From a virus, in IMG/VR virus record IMGVR_UViG_3300017613_000561, positions 1-64,000 of that record: a stretch of DNA of 64,000 bases, one strand, 5' to 3'. The translations under genes were made by a program, and so were the position numbers. The notes beneath the pieces are model-generated. The model ran no database searches and was not told the origin of the DNA. It was given only the letters and a program-made list of their open reading frames with translations. Shown one piece after another: positions 37,264-46,293 of this stretch. The first letter of the stretch is position 1. Each line of letters starts with the position of its first letter.

Positions 37264-38331
37264 ATGTCTAAAGCTGCTGACGTAGCCTCAGAGCTACAAA
37301 AAAAGTTGGGTGAGACCGTTGTCACCACTGGTGAGTATTTGGTGGATGTAGAACGCATACCTACAGGGGTGTTCCCTTTTGACTTATCTTGTGGGGGTGG
37401 TTTTCCAAGGGGTAAGGTTTCCATAGTTTATGGCCCTGAATCGTCAGGTAAGACCAACTTGTTTTTGTTGTCCATTGCTTTGGAACAGAAGTTGAACCCA
37501 CACATGGAAAACGTGTTTGTGGATGTGGAGAACAGCTTTGATCCCTCCTGGGCCAAGAAGATGGGGGTGGATGTAGACAAGTTGCTGGTGTTGCATCCAG
37601 ATCATGCAGAGCAGGCTGTTGATATGGTGGATGCCATGTTGCAGGCTGAGGATGTGTCGTTGATAGTGGTGGATTCACTGGCAGCAATGATCCCGCTTAA
37701 TGAGCAGGATAGTACGGCTGCAAAGGCGCAGGTTGGTGGGGCCAGTGCGTTGATAGGAAAGTTGATCCGTAAGGGTGTAAGTCAGCAGTCTAAAGAGAAG
37801 CGCAAGGGACATTACCCTACACTGCTATTGGTGAATCAGATCCGTATGAAGATCGGGGTCATGTTTGGTAGCCCTGAGACCATGCCTGGAGGTAACGCTA
37901 TAAAGTTTGCCTCAGGCCTTACTGCCAGGATATACGGTAAGAATGAGATGTTGGAGAGCATATCTAAGACCATGCCTGTATTGAAGGAGACTCAGGTTGT
38001 TATCCAGAAATGGAAGGTGCCTATTGTAGCGGTGAACAGTAAGTACAAGATGTGCATGATTCCACACAATGGAATGGTGCCTGGAGATGTGAGAGATAGG
38101 GGGACAGTGGAGACGTACCTCAGGGATATGGGTCAGATCGTAAAGCAGGGGGCCAAGTGGTTTTTCTTTGGCACGGAGTATAAGACCCTGACGGCTGGGT
38201 TGGATGCCCTGTACGCAGATGAAGAGGCCCTGACCTACGCTAAGCAGATGATTATAGATGGTATGGTTAGCAAGATTCATGGATTACCCACGGAGTTTGA
38301 TGATGTGGAAGAGAAAAACAACAAAAAATAA
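37264..38331 (+). CDS. recA: RecA/UvsX-like recombinase
   Basis: GPESSGKT, IVVDSLAA, NQIRMKIGVMFGSPETMPGGNAIKF. Confidence 0.93.
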   Translation: MSKAADVASELQKKLGETVVTTGEYLVDVERIPTGVFPFDLSCGGGFPRGKVSIVYGPESSGKTNLFLLSIALEQKLNPHMENVFVDVENSFDPSWAKKMGVDVDKLLVLHPDHAEQAVDMVDAMLQAEDVSLIVVDSLAAMIPLNEQDSTAAKAQVGGASALIGKLIRKGVSQQSKEKRKGHYPTLLLVNQIRMKIGVMFGSPETMPGGNAIKFASGLTARIYGKNEMLESISKTMPVLKETQVVIQKWKVPIVAVNSKYKMCMIPHNGMVPGDVRDRGTVETYLRDMGQIVKQGAKWFFFGTEYKTLTAGLDALYADEEALTYAKQMIIDGMVSKIHGLPTEFDDVEEKNNKK

Positions 38332-38710
38332 GAACCCCTTTGTCCCCGGCAATGATTCGGACCATGGTGGGAACTCAGAGGTACGGGTTGCGGAAAGTTT
38401 AGGTGCAGAGACGACTATGGCTAGTGGTGCAATGCCGGGGGATAAAGGTGATTTTGACTTGGAGGCCGGGGAGCATTATTCCTTTAAAGGTGAGTGTAAA
38501 GCCACCAGGAATGAAAGCATGTCCCTTAAGTTGTCTTGGCTACATAAGATAAGATTGGAGGCCTTGGAAGTTAATAAACTACCTTGCCTTACAGTGTCGT
38601 TTGTAACCCCAACTGGGGAGGCGAAAGACAATGGAGATTGGGTGCTCGTACCGGCTAGAGTATTCAAAGAAGTGTTTACTAATAATGGAGATAATGATGA
38701 CTGCGATTAA
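38300..38710 (+). CDS. PD-(D/E)xK nuclease, Holliday-junction-resolvase-like
   Basis: E...SGA...KGD...ECK motif. Confidence 0.65.
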   Translation: MMWKRKTTKNKNPFVPGNDSDHGGNSEVRVAESLGAETTMASGAMPGDKGDFDLEAGEHYSFKGECKATRNESMSLKLSWLHKIRLEALEVNKLPCLTVSFVTPTGEAKDNGDWVLVPARVFKEVFTNNGDNDDCD

Positions 38711-38990
38711 AAAGCTACAGGTGTACCAGACCTCTGATGGGTCTGTTTATGAAGATGAGAACGAGGCTCTACGACATCAGGCCATGTTGGACTCAGGGGC
38801 TAGGGTGGACGATTACCTGAACGGGTTGAAGATCAGTGAGCAGGCCAAGGCTAGACGCAAGACCACCATTCTGGAGTGGGTTGCCTATGAAGCCGGGTTG
38901 CCTGTGGATGTTGGGGAAGAGGATACGCCTAAGAAAGAGTCCCCGGGTGCTGCCAAGAAAGAGGATGCTAAAAAGAAAGCTGCTGAGTAA
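38694..38990 (+). CDS. hypothetical protein
   Basis: YQTSDGSVYEDENEA motif. Confidence 0.55.
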   Translation: MMTAIKKLQVYQTSDGSVYEDENEALRHQAMLDSGARVDDYLNGLKISEQAKARRKTTILEWVAYEAGLPVDVGEEDTPKKESPGAAKKEDAKKKAAE

Positions 38991-39928
38991 TGAAATTTGC
39001 TAAGAAGCTGTCGGAGCATATGCCCAAGGAAGGGCTTAAGCTCCATATACATCGGTTGCTGGCTGGGTGGGACAAGCCTAGACCAGTAACGCATATTCAT
39101 GCCAGTGATTTGACCAAGATGGATAAGAACACGGAGTATTGTCCCCGGGAGTTTGCACTTCTCCAACTCACAGGGTACAAGGCCAAGGACAGGTTCATAG
39201 GTACCAGTTTACAATACACTTTTGATATGGGCAGGCTATTAGAGCACCAGATGCAAAATGTGTATGCCAAAGATATAGCCATAGGTGAATGGTTATGTTT
39301 CCACTGCAGTAAGAAGACTTCTTTTGGGAGCCATCCCGGTACTTGTACGGTGTGTAACCGTAAGGATTGGAACTATATTGAGCCCAGATTTATGTCCCAA
39401 TATTGTGGTGCGAGTGGCGGTATAGATTTGTTGGTAAAACTAAAGGGGGAGAAAAAGTTACGGTTGGTAGAAGTGAAGAGCATAGACAAGGATATGTATA
39501 AGCAGTTGGTAGCTCCATTAGCTGAACATACGCTAAGAACCAATCTGTACCTGCGGCTGGTAGAGGAGAGTAACTCCCCGTTCAAAGATATGGTGAACAC
39601 CAAGGAAGGAATGGTGTTTTACATGTGTAAAGGTTTTGGGACTCAAGATAATAGTCTGACTGATTTTGCTGTAACAGATGCTGGGTTCAGCCCGTTTAAG
39701 GAGTTCTTTGTTGGGCGCAATGATTCGGACACAGATGCGTTGGTAGAGCTGTCCCGGCAGTTGTTTGCCTGGAGAAATAAAGCGGCCGGTGTACCGCCCC
39801 CGATATGCTCCCATGGTATGTGTCCCCGGGCTAAAAAGTGCAAGGTAGCTAAGGTGTGTTGGTCTGGAGAATATCCTCCAGGGGCCAAAATATATCTGGA
39901 GGATAAAAATGAAAGTACTGGGGCTTGA
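38990..39928 (+). CDS. PD-(D/E)xK exonuclease (Cas4/AddB-like, Cys-rich)
   Basis: HASD...CPR, G..D...EVKS, C-terminal C..C..C cluster. Confidence 0.7.
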   Translation: MKFAKKLSEHMPKEGLKLHIHRLLAGWDKPRPVTHIHASDLTKMDKNTEYCPREFALLQLTGYKAKDRFIGTSLQYTFDMGRLLEHQMQNVYAKDIAIGEWLCFHCSKKTSFGSHPGTCTVCNRKDWNYIEPRFMSQYCGASGGIDLLVKLKGEKKLRLVEVKSIDKDMYKQLVAPLAEHTLRTNLYLRLVEESNSPFKDMVNTKEGMVFYMCKGFGTQDNSLTDFAVTDAGFSPFKEFFVGRNDSDTDALVELSRQLFAWRNKAAGVPPPICSHGMCPRAKKCKVAKVCWSGEYPPGAKIYLEDKNESTGA

Positions 39929-40460
39929 TACCTCCACCAAAACTGGGGCAGTAGTTGTTGATTTCTTTGGGCATGATGGCCCTATAACAAATGGGTTTAA
40001 AATCTTGTTTGCTGAGGAGTTGGAGCATAAGAAGCTAAAGGATTTGGAACGCTGCGCTGCTTTAGCTGGGGATGTGATTGAGATTATGGAAACGCATACC
40101 CCTGATCTGGCTGTGATTGAAGGCTACGGGTATGGGAACGCAAATACGCTGGTTACCTTGGTGGAGATAGGTACTATCATCAGGTACTTTCTGAAACAGT
40201 ACCAGCTGCCCTATGTAGTGGTGGCCCCAACCACACTAAAGAAGTTTGTGACGGGTAAGGGTAATGCCACTAAAGATCAGATGATGCTGCAGGTTTACAA
40301 GCGTTGGAGGTACGAGGCAGACACCAACAATATTGCAGATGCAGTGGGCCTTGCTATGACAGGAGGTGCGTTGTATGGGCACTTAGACATGCCCAAGCAG
40401 AACATGGAGGCTTTAAAACCACTGCGTAGAGAACTACCTTCACTATCCCTCAGCACTTAA
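39909..40460 (+). CDS. ruvC: RuvC-like Holliday junction resolvase
   Basis: VLGLDTS, VIEG, PTTLKKFVTGKGNATK, NIADA. Confidence 0.88.
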   Translation: MKVLGLDTSTKTGAVVVDFFGHDGPITNGFKILFAEELEHKKLKDLERCAALAGDVIEIMETHTPDLAVIEGYGYGNANTLVTLVEIGTIIRYFLKQYQLPYVVVAPTTLKKFVTGKGNATKDQMMLQVYKRWRYEADTNNIADAVGLAMTGGALYGHLDMPKQNMEALKPLRRELPSLSLST

Positions 40461-40488
40461 GTGCAAAACTAATTAAGAACTTAAGTGC
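40453..40488. repeat. tandem pair GCACTTAAGTGC (40453) and GAACTTAAGTGC (40477)
   Basis: ACTTAAGTGCAAAACTA directly repeated with a 24-bp period. Confidence 0.9.
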
Positions 40489-40496
40489 AAAACTAT

Positions 40497-40525
40497 TTGA
40501 CAAACGCAGTTAGCTATGTCATAGT
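40497..40525 (+). promoter_or_regulatory. sigma70-type promoter (TTTGACAAAC family)
   Basis: TTGACA-17-CATAGT with extended -10 TG; preceded by two palindrome sites. Confidence 0.7.
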
Positions 40526-40571
40526 TAAGACACGGTTAACAACTTTTACACGTAACGTAAGTAAGGAGAAT

Positions 40572-41441
40572 ATGATGGCTGAGTCACCCACAATGAAAGT
40601 CCTGACTAAAGGACAGAAGGACGGGAATAAAGCAACTGCAAAGACCACCAAGGCCCCCGCTAAGAAGGCTGTGAAAACCACCAAGTCCAAGGTCAAGACC
40701 GGTGAGGTGGTGGGTAAAGATCTGATTCTGGACACAGTACAAGAGTTGGAGAACATGAACCAAGCGGCCACCCTTAAAGGTGTCAGGGCTTGTTTGGAAA
40801 CAGCTGGTTATAGTAATTTCCAGTTGGGTGGGCTATTGCAGCGCATCCAGGAAGAAGGCTGGTGGGATAACGGAGAGCATGAATCCTTCAAGGACTTTAT
40901 TCAGGCGGAGTATGGTTTGGGCCTGCGTAAAGCTGCTTACCTCATGGCGATATATACCGGGCTGGTTGAATCCGGTGTCAAGTGGGAGCAGGTTCAGGCT
41001 CTGGGTTGGACCAAGCTGCGTGAACTGGTCTCTATGCTGACTGTAGATAATGTTGATGAATGGGTGGAGAAGGCCAAGGAGATGACCACTCTGCAGTTGA
41101 TCGAATACATCAAGGCAGAGAAGGCACAGGGTAAGGGTGATAAAGATGCACCTACCAAGGAAGAGGCACAGAAGATCAAGACCAAGACCTTCAAGCTCCA
41201 TGCTGACCAGCTGGAGACCGTAGACACAGCACTTGAACGGGCTCGGGAAGAGGGTGAGACGGAGTATGACACGGTAGCACTTGATTACATCTGCATGCGG
41301 TACCTCAGTAATGATGCAGGTAAGGCCAAGACGACTAAGCCGCCTACTTTGGAGAAGCAGTTCAAAGAAGCCGGTGTTGATAAGGTGCTGGAAGCCTTTG
41401 AAGAGGCGTTTCCAGAGTGCAACATCACGGTAGCTATGTAA
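40572..41441 (+). CDS. putative DNA-binding protein (K/A/T-rich N-tail plus HTH-like core)
   Basis: KATAKTTKAPAKKAVKTTKSK; SFKDFIQAEYGLGLRKAAYLM resembles DUF3102/ParB-type HTH. Confidence 0.55.
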   Translation: MMAESPTMKVLTKGQKDGNKATAKTTKAPAKKAVKTTKSKVKTGEVVGKDLILDTVQELENMNQAATLKGVRACLETAGYSNFQLGGLLQRIQEEGWWDNGEHESFKDFIQAEYGLGLRKAAYLMAIYTGLVESGVKWEQVQALGWTKLRELVSMLTVDNVDEWVEKAKEMTTLQLIEYIKAEKAQGKGDKDAPTKEEAQKIKTKTFKLHADQLETVDTALERAREEGETEYDTVALDYICMRYLSNDAGKAKTTKPPTLEKQFKEAGVDKVLEAFEEAFPECNITVAM

Positions 41442-41449
41442 TTACCGGT

Positions 41450-41469
41450 GGGGGGCAAGAATGCCCCCC
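41450..41469 (+). terminator. hairpin terminator
   Basis: ggggggca-agaa-tgcccccc; no U-tract. Confidence 0.5.
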
Positions 41470-41491
41470 TATAGGATCAAGGAGAATAGAT

Positions 41492-41680
41492 ATGTTGTTT
41501 CTTAATCAGGTATATGTTCCAGGGATTCTGTATGAACACATCAGGGTTTTCCATATCGTAACAGGACTGCTGTTGACGGCGGTCACTGGTTGGTGGGCCT
41601 TCATTCTAGTTGTACAGGTGTTCTATGCTATTTGGGTTGCCTTTGAGAGGAATGATCTGCGTAAGGGCAGCACCATTTAG
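41492..41680 (+). CDS. small membrane protein
   Basis: AAGGAG RBS; hydrophobic. Confidence 0.5.
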   Translation: MLFLNQVYVPGILYEHIRVFHIVTGLLLTAVTGWWAFILVVQVFYAIWVAFERNDLRKGSTI

Positions 41681-41693
41681 TAAGGAGGGGATC

Positions 41694-42098
41694 GTGAAGG
41701 TTATATGTCCGTATTGCGATAATCCGGCAGAGCTGGTGGATGGAACAACGGTTTACCCACACAGGCCCGATCTAGGGCACTTGAAGTTTTGGAATTGTGC
41801 CCCTTGTAATGCCTACGTAGGAACACATAAGAATAGTCGTAGACATAAGCCATTAGGAAGATTAGCCAATGCAGAACTTAGAAACTGGAAAGGTTTTGCC
41901 CACGGTGCTTTCGATCCCTTATGGGAGACCATGGTAATACGGGATAACATTAAGGCAGTAAAGGCCAGAGGTAGAGCCTACAAGTGGTTGGCTGCACAAC
42001 TGGAGATAGATATTAAGGATTGTCATATTGGGATGTTTGATGTGGCTATGTGTAAAAGAGTGGTAGGTCTTTGTCATAGAACGCGGGTCATTATGTAA
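41694..42098 (+). CDS. DUF3268-like zinc-finger protein
   Basis: CPYC, CNAYVGTH, PLGRLAN, AHGAFDPLW, CHIGMFD. Confidence 0.8.
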   Translation: MKVICPYCDNPAELVDGTTVYPHRPDLGHLKFWNCAPCNAYVGTHKNSRRHKPLGRLANAELRNWKGFAHGAFDPLWETMVIRDNIKAVKARGRAYKWLAAQLEIDIKDCHIGMFDVAMCKRVVGLCHRTRVIM

Positions 42099-42119
42099 CG
42101 TAAATTATCAGGAGGGATC

Positions 42120-42296
42120 ATGCCATATTTCAGGGTAACGTGGGAGATGTATTTTGAAACAGACACACCACAGGAAGCAGCAGAGGAGGCTTTGAGGGTA
42201 CAGCGAGATCCAGCCTCAGAAGCTACCTGCTTTGTTGTAGTCAACATGGGTACTGGGGATCAGATGTATGTTGACATAGATATAGTAGATCCATAG
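42120..42296 (+). CDS. 58-aa hypothetical protein; not in ORF track
   Basis: AGGAGG RBS; MPYFRVTWEM... Confidence 0.55.
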   Translation: MPYFRVTWEMYFETDTPQEAAEEALRVQRDPASEATCFVVVNMGTGDQMYVDIDIVDP

Positions 42297-42306
42297 GGAG
42301 ATTATC

Positions 42307-42624
42307 ATGGGTAAGATTGCACAATTAGAAGAAAGCCTGACAATTGTCACTAATGAGTTGGAGAAGGCTAAGATTGAGTGTAGAGGTTTTGAACGCTCAG
42401 TAAAAGAACAGCAACGTATGCGGCAGGAGGCGGAGTCTGAGCTTACCTGCCTTAGGACACAGTTGGGTGACATACAGAAGGCTATCCAGTTAGTAACTGC
42501 CATAACGTATCCAGAAGCAGAACTGTACTCTGCGGAAGTATATATGCCTGCAGGTGGGCTAAAAGCTAAGGCAGAAGACGAGGAGCTGAGATTCCTTAGG
42601 TACATTTATAAGTTGTGCCGGTAA
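42307..42624 (+). CDS. coiled-coil hypothetical protein
   Basis: GGGAG RBS. Confidence 0.5.
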   Translation: MGKIAQLEESLTIVTNELEKAKIECRGFERSVKEQQRMRQEAESELTCLRTQLGDIQKAIQLVTAITYPEAELYSAEVYMPAGGLKAKAEDEELRFLRYIYKLCR

Positions 42625-42630
42625 TACTAT

Positions 42631-42659
42631 TTGACAAACGTCCCTCTAATTAGTACAGT
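42631..42659 (+). promoter_or_regulatory. sigma70-type promoter (TTTGACAAAC family)
   Basis: TTGACA-17-TACAGT. Confidence 0.7.
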
Positions 42660-42688
42660 ATTAGGACAATAACACCCTAGGAGGGCTT

Positions 42689-42871
42689 ATGCCTAACCAA
42701 CTTTTGCGTCTCCCCAGTGGCCATATTTTTATCCCGCTACATGATGATGAGCTAGATAAATACCACACCATTTATCATTTTAGTTACCGTGGTGCTGTAG
42801 GTTTGCTTGGAAAATTAGCCCCAACCAGCCTAAATGGGTGGGAAGTGGTAGCTGTATATATAGAGGAGTAG
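42689..42871 (+). CDS. hypothetical protein
   Basis: AGGAGG RBS behind promoter. Confidence 0.5.
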   Translation: MPNQLLRLPSGHIFIPLHDDELDKYHTIYHFSYRGAVGLLGKLAPTSLNGWEVVAVYIEE

Positions 42872-42885
42872 GAAGTTATTATTGT

Positions 42886-42914
42886 TTGACAAACGTACAA
42901 CTATACAGCATAGT
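42886..42914 (+). promoter_or_regulatory. sigma70-type promoter (TTTGACAAAC family)
   Basis: TTGACA-17-CATAGT. Confidence 0.7.
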
Positions 42915-42948
42915 ATAGTTAGGGTACACATAAAAGCTAGGAGCTAAA

Positions 42949-44109
42949 ATGAAGCAGCTAGTAATATCAATGACAGATCCAAGTAAGAAGTATGAGGTGG
43001 ACCTGGAGAAGGAAACCTGTAATTGTCCAGCCTATGCTAAGGGTAAGACTCGCCCCTGTAAGCATCTGGTTGAGCTGGGAGTTAAGCCAAAAAAGAAGAA
43101 GGTAGTCACCAGCTATGTGAAGTCAGCTATCCAGAAGGCCTACCGTAGGAATGATCAGCCATTGTTAATCTGGAGCTTTAACTGGCTCTGGAAGAATGAG
43201 CGTAACTGGATCTGGTGGAGATACATGGTGCTACCAGCAGAAGACCACTGGAAGGGTGTGGTGGAGATGGGCAGGGCTCATGATGAAGCTAAGATGGTCT
43301 ATAAGCATGATCCTGTGGGGGCCAAGCATTTATTGCTATGTGGGTTGTTGAACACGATGGCTCAGAAGAAGAGTCAGGATTCTAACGGGATTCGCCAGTT
43401 AGCTGATGTAGTCAGATCTACTAGCCAGGTTAAGACCCCGCACTTGATGGGGGCCATTATTAAGAAAGTAGATGTATCCCAGATGTTGTTCTTTGAGTTT
43501 TACCGCAGTATTTCTGACCCAGTAGCCGTTGATGCTAAGGGTCTGATATCCCCCATTGTTTGGGAGACTATCTGGCATAAGGTAGCTGAACTGAAAGAGT
43601 CGGGTATTAGTCTGGGGAAGTACGTAGATCTGTGTGATGGGATCAAGGCTATGCAGTACCGCGCAGCCATGGGGGGAGGCCCAGGATACACCACTCTGTT
43701 TCTGGCAGTAATTGCCCTCCAACTCTACTACACAGAGCTGGGACGATCTATTACAGGGGAGCCTAGTGATGAGGTTCTGTCTTCTGGGGAATGGATTACC
43801 CCGCATGTAACCCCGCCGTGGTGCTGCTTGGATATGCATACAGGGCCTGGGAAGAGAGTGTTGGGCTACATCACCAAGATTGTCAGTAACACGCATATGG
43901 ATGGTGCCGAATGTAAGGCAGCAGTAGAAGAGATTTGGTTCATAAATGAAACCGCGCTGGTGAACGAAACCGATGAAGACAGTGTTTGGTGGAAGCTGGG
44001 ATGTAACGCCTATCTGATCCAGCACGGAGTAAAGCCAAAAGAGATGAAGAAACTTTGGGACGAGAAGTTGAGAGATATCGTCCGTAAGAAGATCATATTG
44101 TGGAGCTAG
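42949..44109 (+). CDS. SWIM zinc finger plus RarA/MgsA C-terminal-like domain protein
   Basis: CNCP...CKH SWIM; KSAIQKAYRR...WRYMVLPAED...LDMHT. Confidence 0.55.
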   Translation: MKQLVISMTDPSKKYEVDLEKETCNCPAYAKGKTRPCKHLVELGVKPKKKKVVTSYVKSAIQKAYRRNDQPLLIWSFNWLWKNERNWIWWRYMVLPAEDHWKGVVEMGRAHDEAKMVYKHDPVGAKHLLLCGLLNTMAQKKSQDSNGIRQLADVVRSTSQVKTPHLMGAIIKKVDVSQMLFFEFYRSISDPVAVDAKGLISPIVWETIWHKVAELKESGISLGKYVDLCDGIKAMQYRAAMGGGPGYTTLFLAVIALQLYYTELGRSITGEPSDEVLSSGEWITPHVTPPWCCLDMHTGPGKRVLGYITKIVSNTHMDGAECKAAVEEIWFINETALVNETDEDSVWWKLGCNAYLIQHGVKPKEMKKLWDEKLRDIVRKKIILWS

Positions 44110-44110
44110 T

Positions 44111-44122
44111 GCACTCAAGTGC
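44111..44122. repeat. palindrome family, variant GCACTCAAGTGC
   Basis: immediately after a stop codon. Confidence 0.8.
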
Positions 44123-44135
44123 AGAGGATCAGAAG

Positions 44136-44324
44136 ATGGATAGAAACGAGCTGATAGAACGCATAGTAGCGGTGATGGACGATTGGGACCGGGATACCTT
44201 ACTAGCGTGGGCCAAGACAGAGAGGCGGGAGGATCTTGATAGGTTGGAGGATGAAGACATCAGGAACATCGCTGACACTGTACTTGGGGACTGGGAGCAG
44301 GAAGAGTACGACAACGAGGGTTAG
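44136..44324 (+). CDS. acidic hypothetical protein
   Basis: GAGGA RBS. Confidence 0.5.
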   Translation: MDRNELIERIVAVMDDWDRDTLLAWAKTERREDLDRLEDEDIRNIADTVLGDWEQEEYDNEG

Positions 44325-44329
44325 AACCA

Positions 44330-44764
44330 ATGGAATTTCCGATAACAGTAGAAAGCATAAAGGTCATCAACAAGGCCTACGAGCCCAGTAATTTTATGGC
44401 GGGGGCTGAGGTGGGAGACTTTGTATCTATCAGACCCTGCGCGGAGGAGTATGAGAATAAGACTTTCCTGGGTATATACATAGGGGAGATAAGTGTTGGG
44501 ACCGCACACTTCTTTGAAGCATCGGATGATGAGTACCTTAAGGGGGTGTTGGAGCTAATGCATAACACCAACCCAGCTATCTTTGTACCCAACCTGAACA
44601 AGGTGATCTTTGGATGCGAGAGTTGGTGGGGTGTGATTAAGGATGAGTCCCACCTAAAGCAGATCACGGACGAGGACATAGAAAACGTCTGGTATGTAAA
44701 AGCCCTGAAAGCCATAGCAGAGACGCGGGAGAAAAAGGAGAACAGTAATGGCGATAAGCTTTGA
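44330..44764 (+). CDS. hypothetical phage protein
   Basis: VSIRPC...TFLGIYIG...NPAIFVP...GCESWWG motif. Confidence 0.6.
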   Translation: MEFPITVESIKVINKAYEPSNFMAGAEVGDFVSIRPCAEEYENKTFLGIYIGEISVGTAHFFEASDDEYLKGVLELMHNTNPAIFVPNLNKVIFGCESWWGVIKDESHLKQITDEDIENVWYVKALKAIAETREKKENSNGDKL

Positions 44765-44960
44765 GGTTTCTAAACACGTTGATGGGCAGTTATGTATACA
44801 GATGAAGTCCACATACCCAGATGATTGCTTCAAGATGGGGAGGGTATATGCAGACATTATCACTCTTGGTGGCGGCGAGATATCGGATATTGTTCAGGGT
44901 GATTGGGGACAGGGTAAGTTCATACGCATACCGCTTGCTGGTAAAGCCAAAGAAGATTAA
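44748..44960 (+). CDS. hypothetical protein
   Basis: AAGGAG RBS. Confidence 0.5.
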   Translation: MAISFEVSKHVDGQLCIQMKSTYPDDCFKMGRVYADIITLGGGEISDIVQGDWGQGKFIRIPLAGKAKED

Positions 44961-45147
44961 GACATACCATACTGACATAGGTAGACACCTAAGGTAGTTC
45001 CCTATAGTATGGCTATTGTCTTGAGACAAAGCTTGAGACAAAAAACCGGTACCAGCATTGAAAGGTGAAACCCCACCAGTATAGGGCCAAATCGGTGGGT
45101 TGGTGTTTTGGGATCGGGAGACTAATACTAATAACTGCGAGGGGTCT

Positions 45148-46293
45148 ATGAATATTGATTTGTGGGACAGAGTAGTACCGTACTTCAAGCCGTATGTAAC
45201 GCCAGAGATGGGGGAGGCAGTAGCTAAGACAGTAGCCAGTGGTTGGCTGACCACCGGTAAGAAGGTAAAGGAACTGGAAAGTGAGTTCCAGAAGATGTTT
45301 CCTTCCAAGCAGGTACTGATGACGAACTCAGCTACAGCCGCCTCCCTTATCGCATTTGACGCCCTAGATCTGAGATGGTCTGAAGTAATCACCACACCGT
45401 ACACGTTCAGCTCACCAGCTATGATGCTCCACCATTTGGGCGCTAAGCTTGTCATGGTTGACATTGATCCCAACACATTCAATATCGACCCCCACAAGGT
45501 ACTGGACGCTGTAAACCCTAATACGAAAGCCATACTGCTCACCCACTTCGGTGGACGGGCCTGTGACTTGACAAGTATTTATGAGATAGCCAGTCAGTGT
45601 AACCTCAAGGTGATAGAAGACTGTGCTCATGCATTGCCTGCACGGTACAAGGGCAGAACAGTGGGAGACATGGAGGCAGACGCTTCCTTTTTCAGCTTCT
45701 ATGCCAACAAGACCATGACCACGGGCGAGGGGGGCATGCTGCTTTTGAAGGATGGAGCTGTAGCTGAGCATGCACGTAAGTTGTTGCTGCATGGATTTTC
45801 CACAGATGCCTATGACCGGTACACGAACTCAGGTGCGTCCTGGTTCTATGATGTTGGAGTCGCCGGGTGGAAGGCCAATATGACAGATGTGGCTGCTACG
45901 CTGGGCTTGGAGCAGTTACGGTATTTGTACAGCATGTCAGATGATAGAACCCGAGTTGCAGAGATGTACACGTTGGCCCTGAAATCCTTGGAGTTGCACT
46001 GCCCGAGATTCACTTACGATTCAGCATGGCATGTATACCCGATCCTGGTGGATGCTGCCTACCGTGATGCCTTTATTGAGAGCATGAAGGAGAAAGGCGT
46101 TCACTGTTCAGTGCACTTCCGGCCGATAAACCAGCATTCCTTTTGGAAGGAAGTATTGCCTAGACACAGTACCCCAGTATCTGACAGTGTTGGAGCCCGA
46201 GTAGTGTCCCTGCCTATCTATCCGAACATGCCTATGGATAACGTGACGTATGTAGTACGGGCTGTAACCGCTACGTTGAAAGAATTTGTATGA
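45148..46293 (+). CDS. DegT/DnrJ/EryC1/StrS PLP-dependent sugar aminotransferase
   Basis: SGWLTTG, NSATAA, IEDCAHA, FSFYANKTMTTGEGG (PLP lysine), SLPIYP. Confidence 0.93.
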   Translation: MNIDLWDRVVPYFKPYVTPEMGEAVAKTVASGWLTTGKKVKELESEFQKMFPSKQVLMTNSATAASLIAFDALDLRWSEVITTPYTFSSPAMMLHHLGAKLVMVDIDPNTFNIDPHKVLDAVNPNTKAILLTHFGGRACDLTSIYEIASQCNLKVIEDCAHALPARYKGRTVGDMEADASFFSFYANKTMTTGEGGMLLLKDGAVAEHARKLLLHGFSTDAYDRYTNSGASWFYDVGVAGWKANMTDVAATLGLEQLRYLYSMSDDRTRVAEMYTLALKSLELHCPRFTYDSAWHVYPILVDAAYRDAFIESMKEKGVHCSVHFRPINQHSFWKEVLPRHSTPVSDSVGARVVSLPIYPNMPMDNVTYVVRAVTATLKEFV

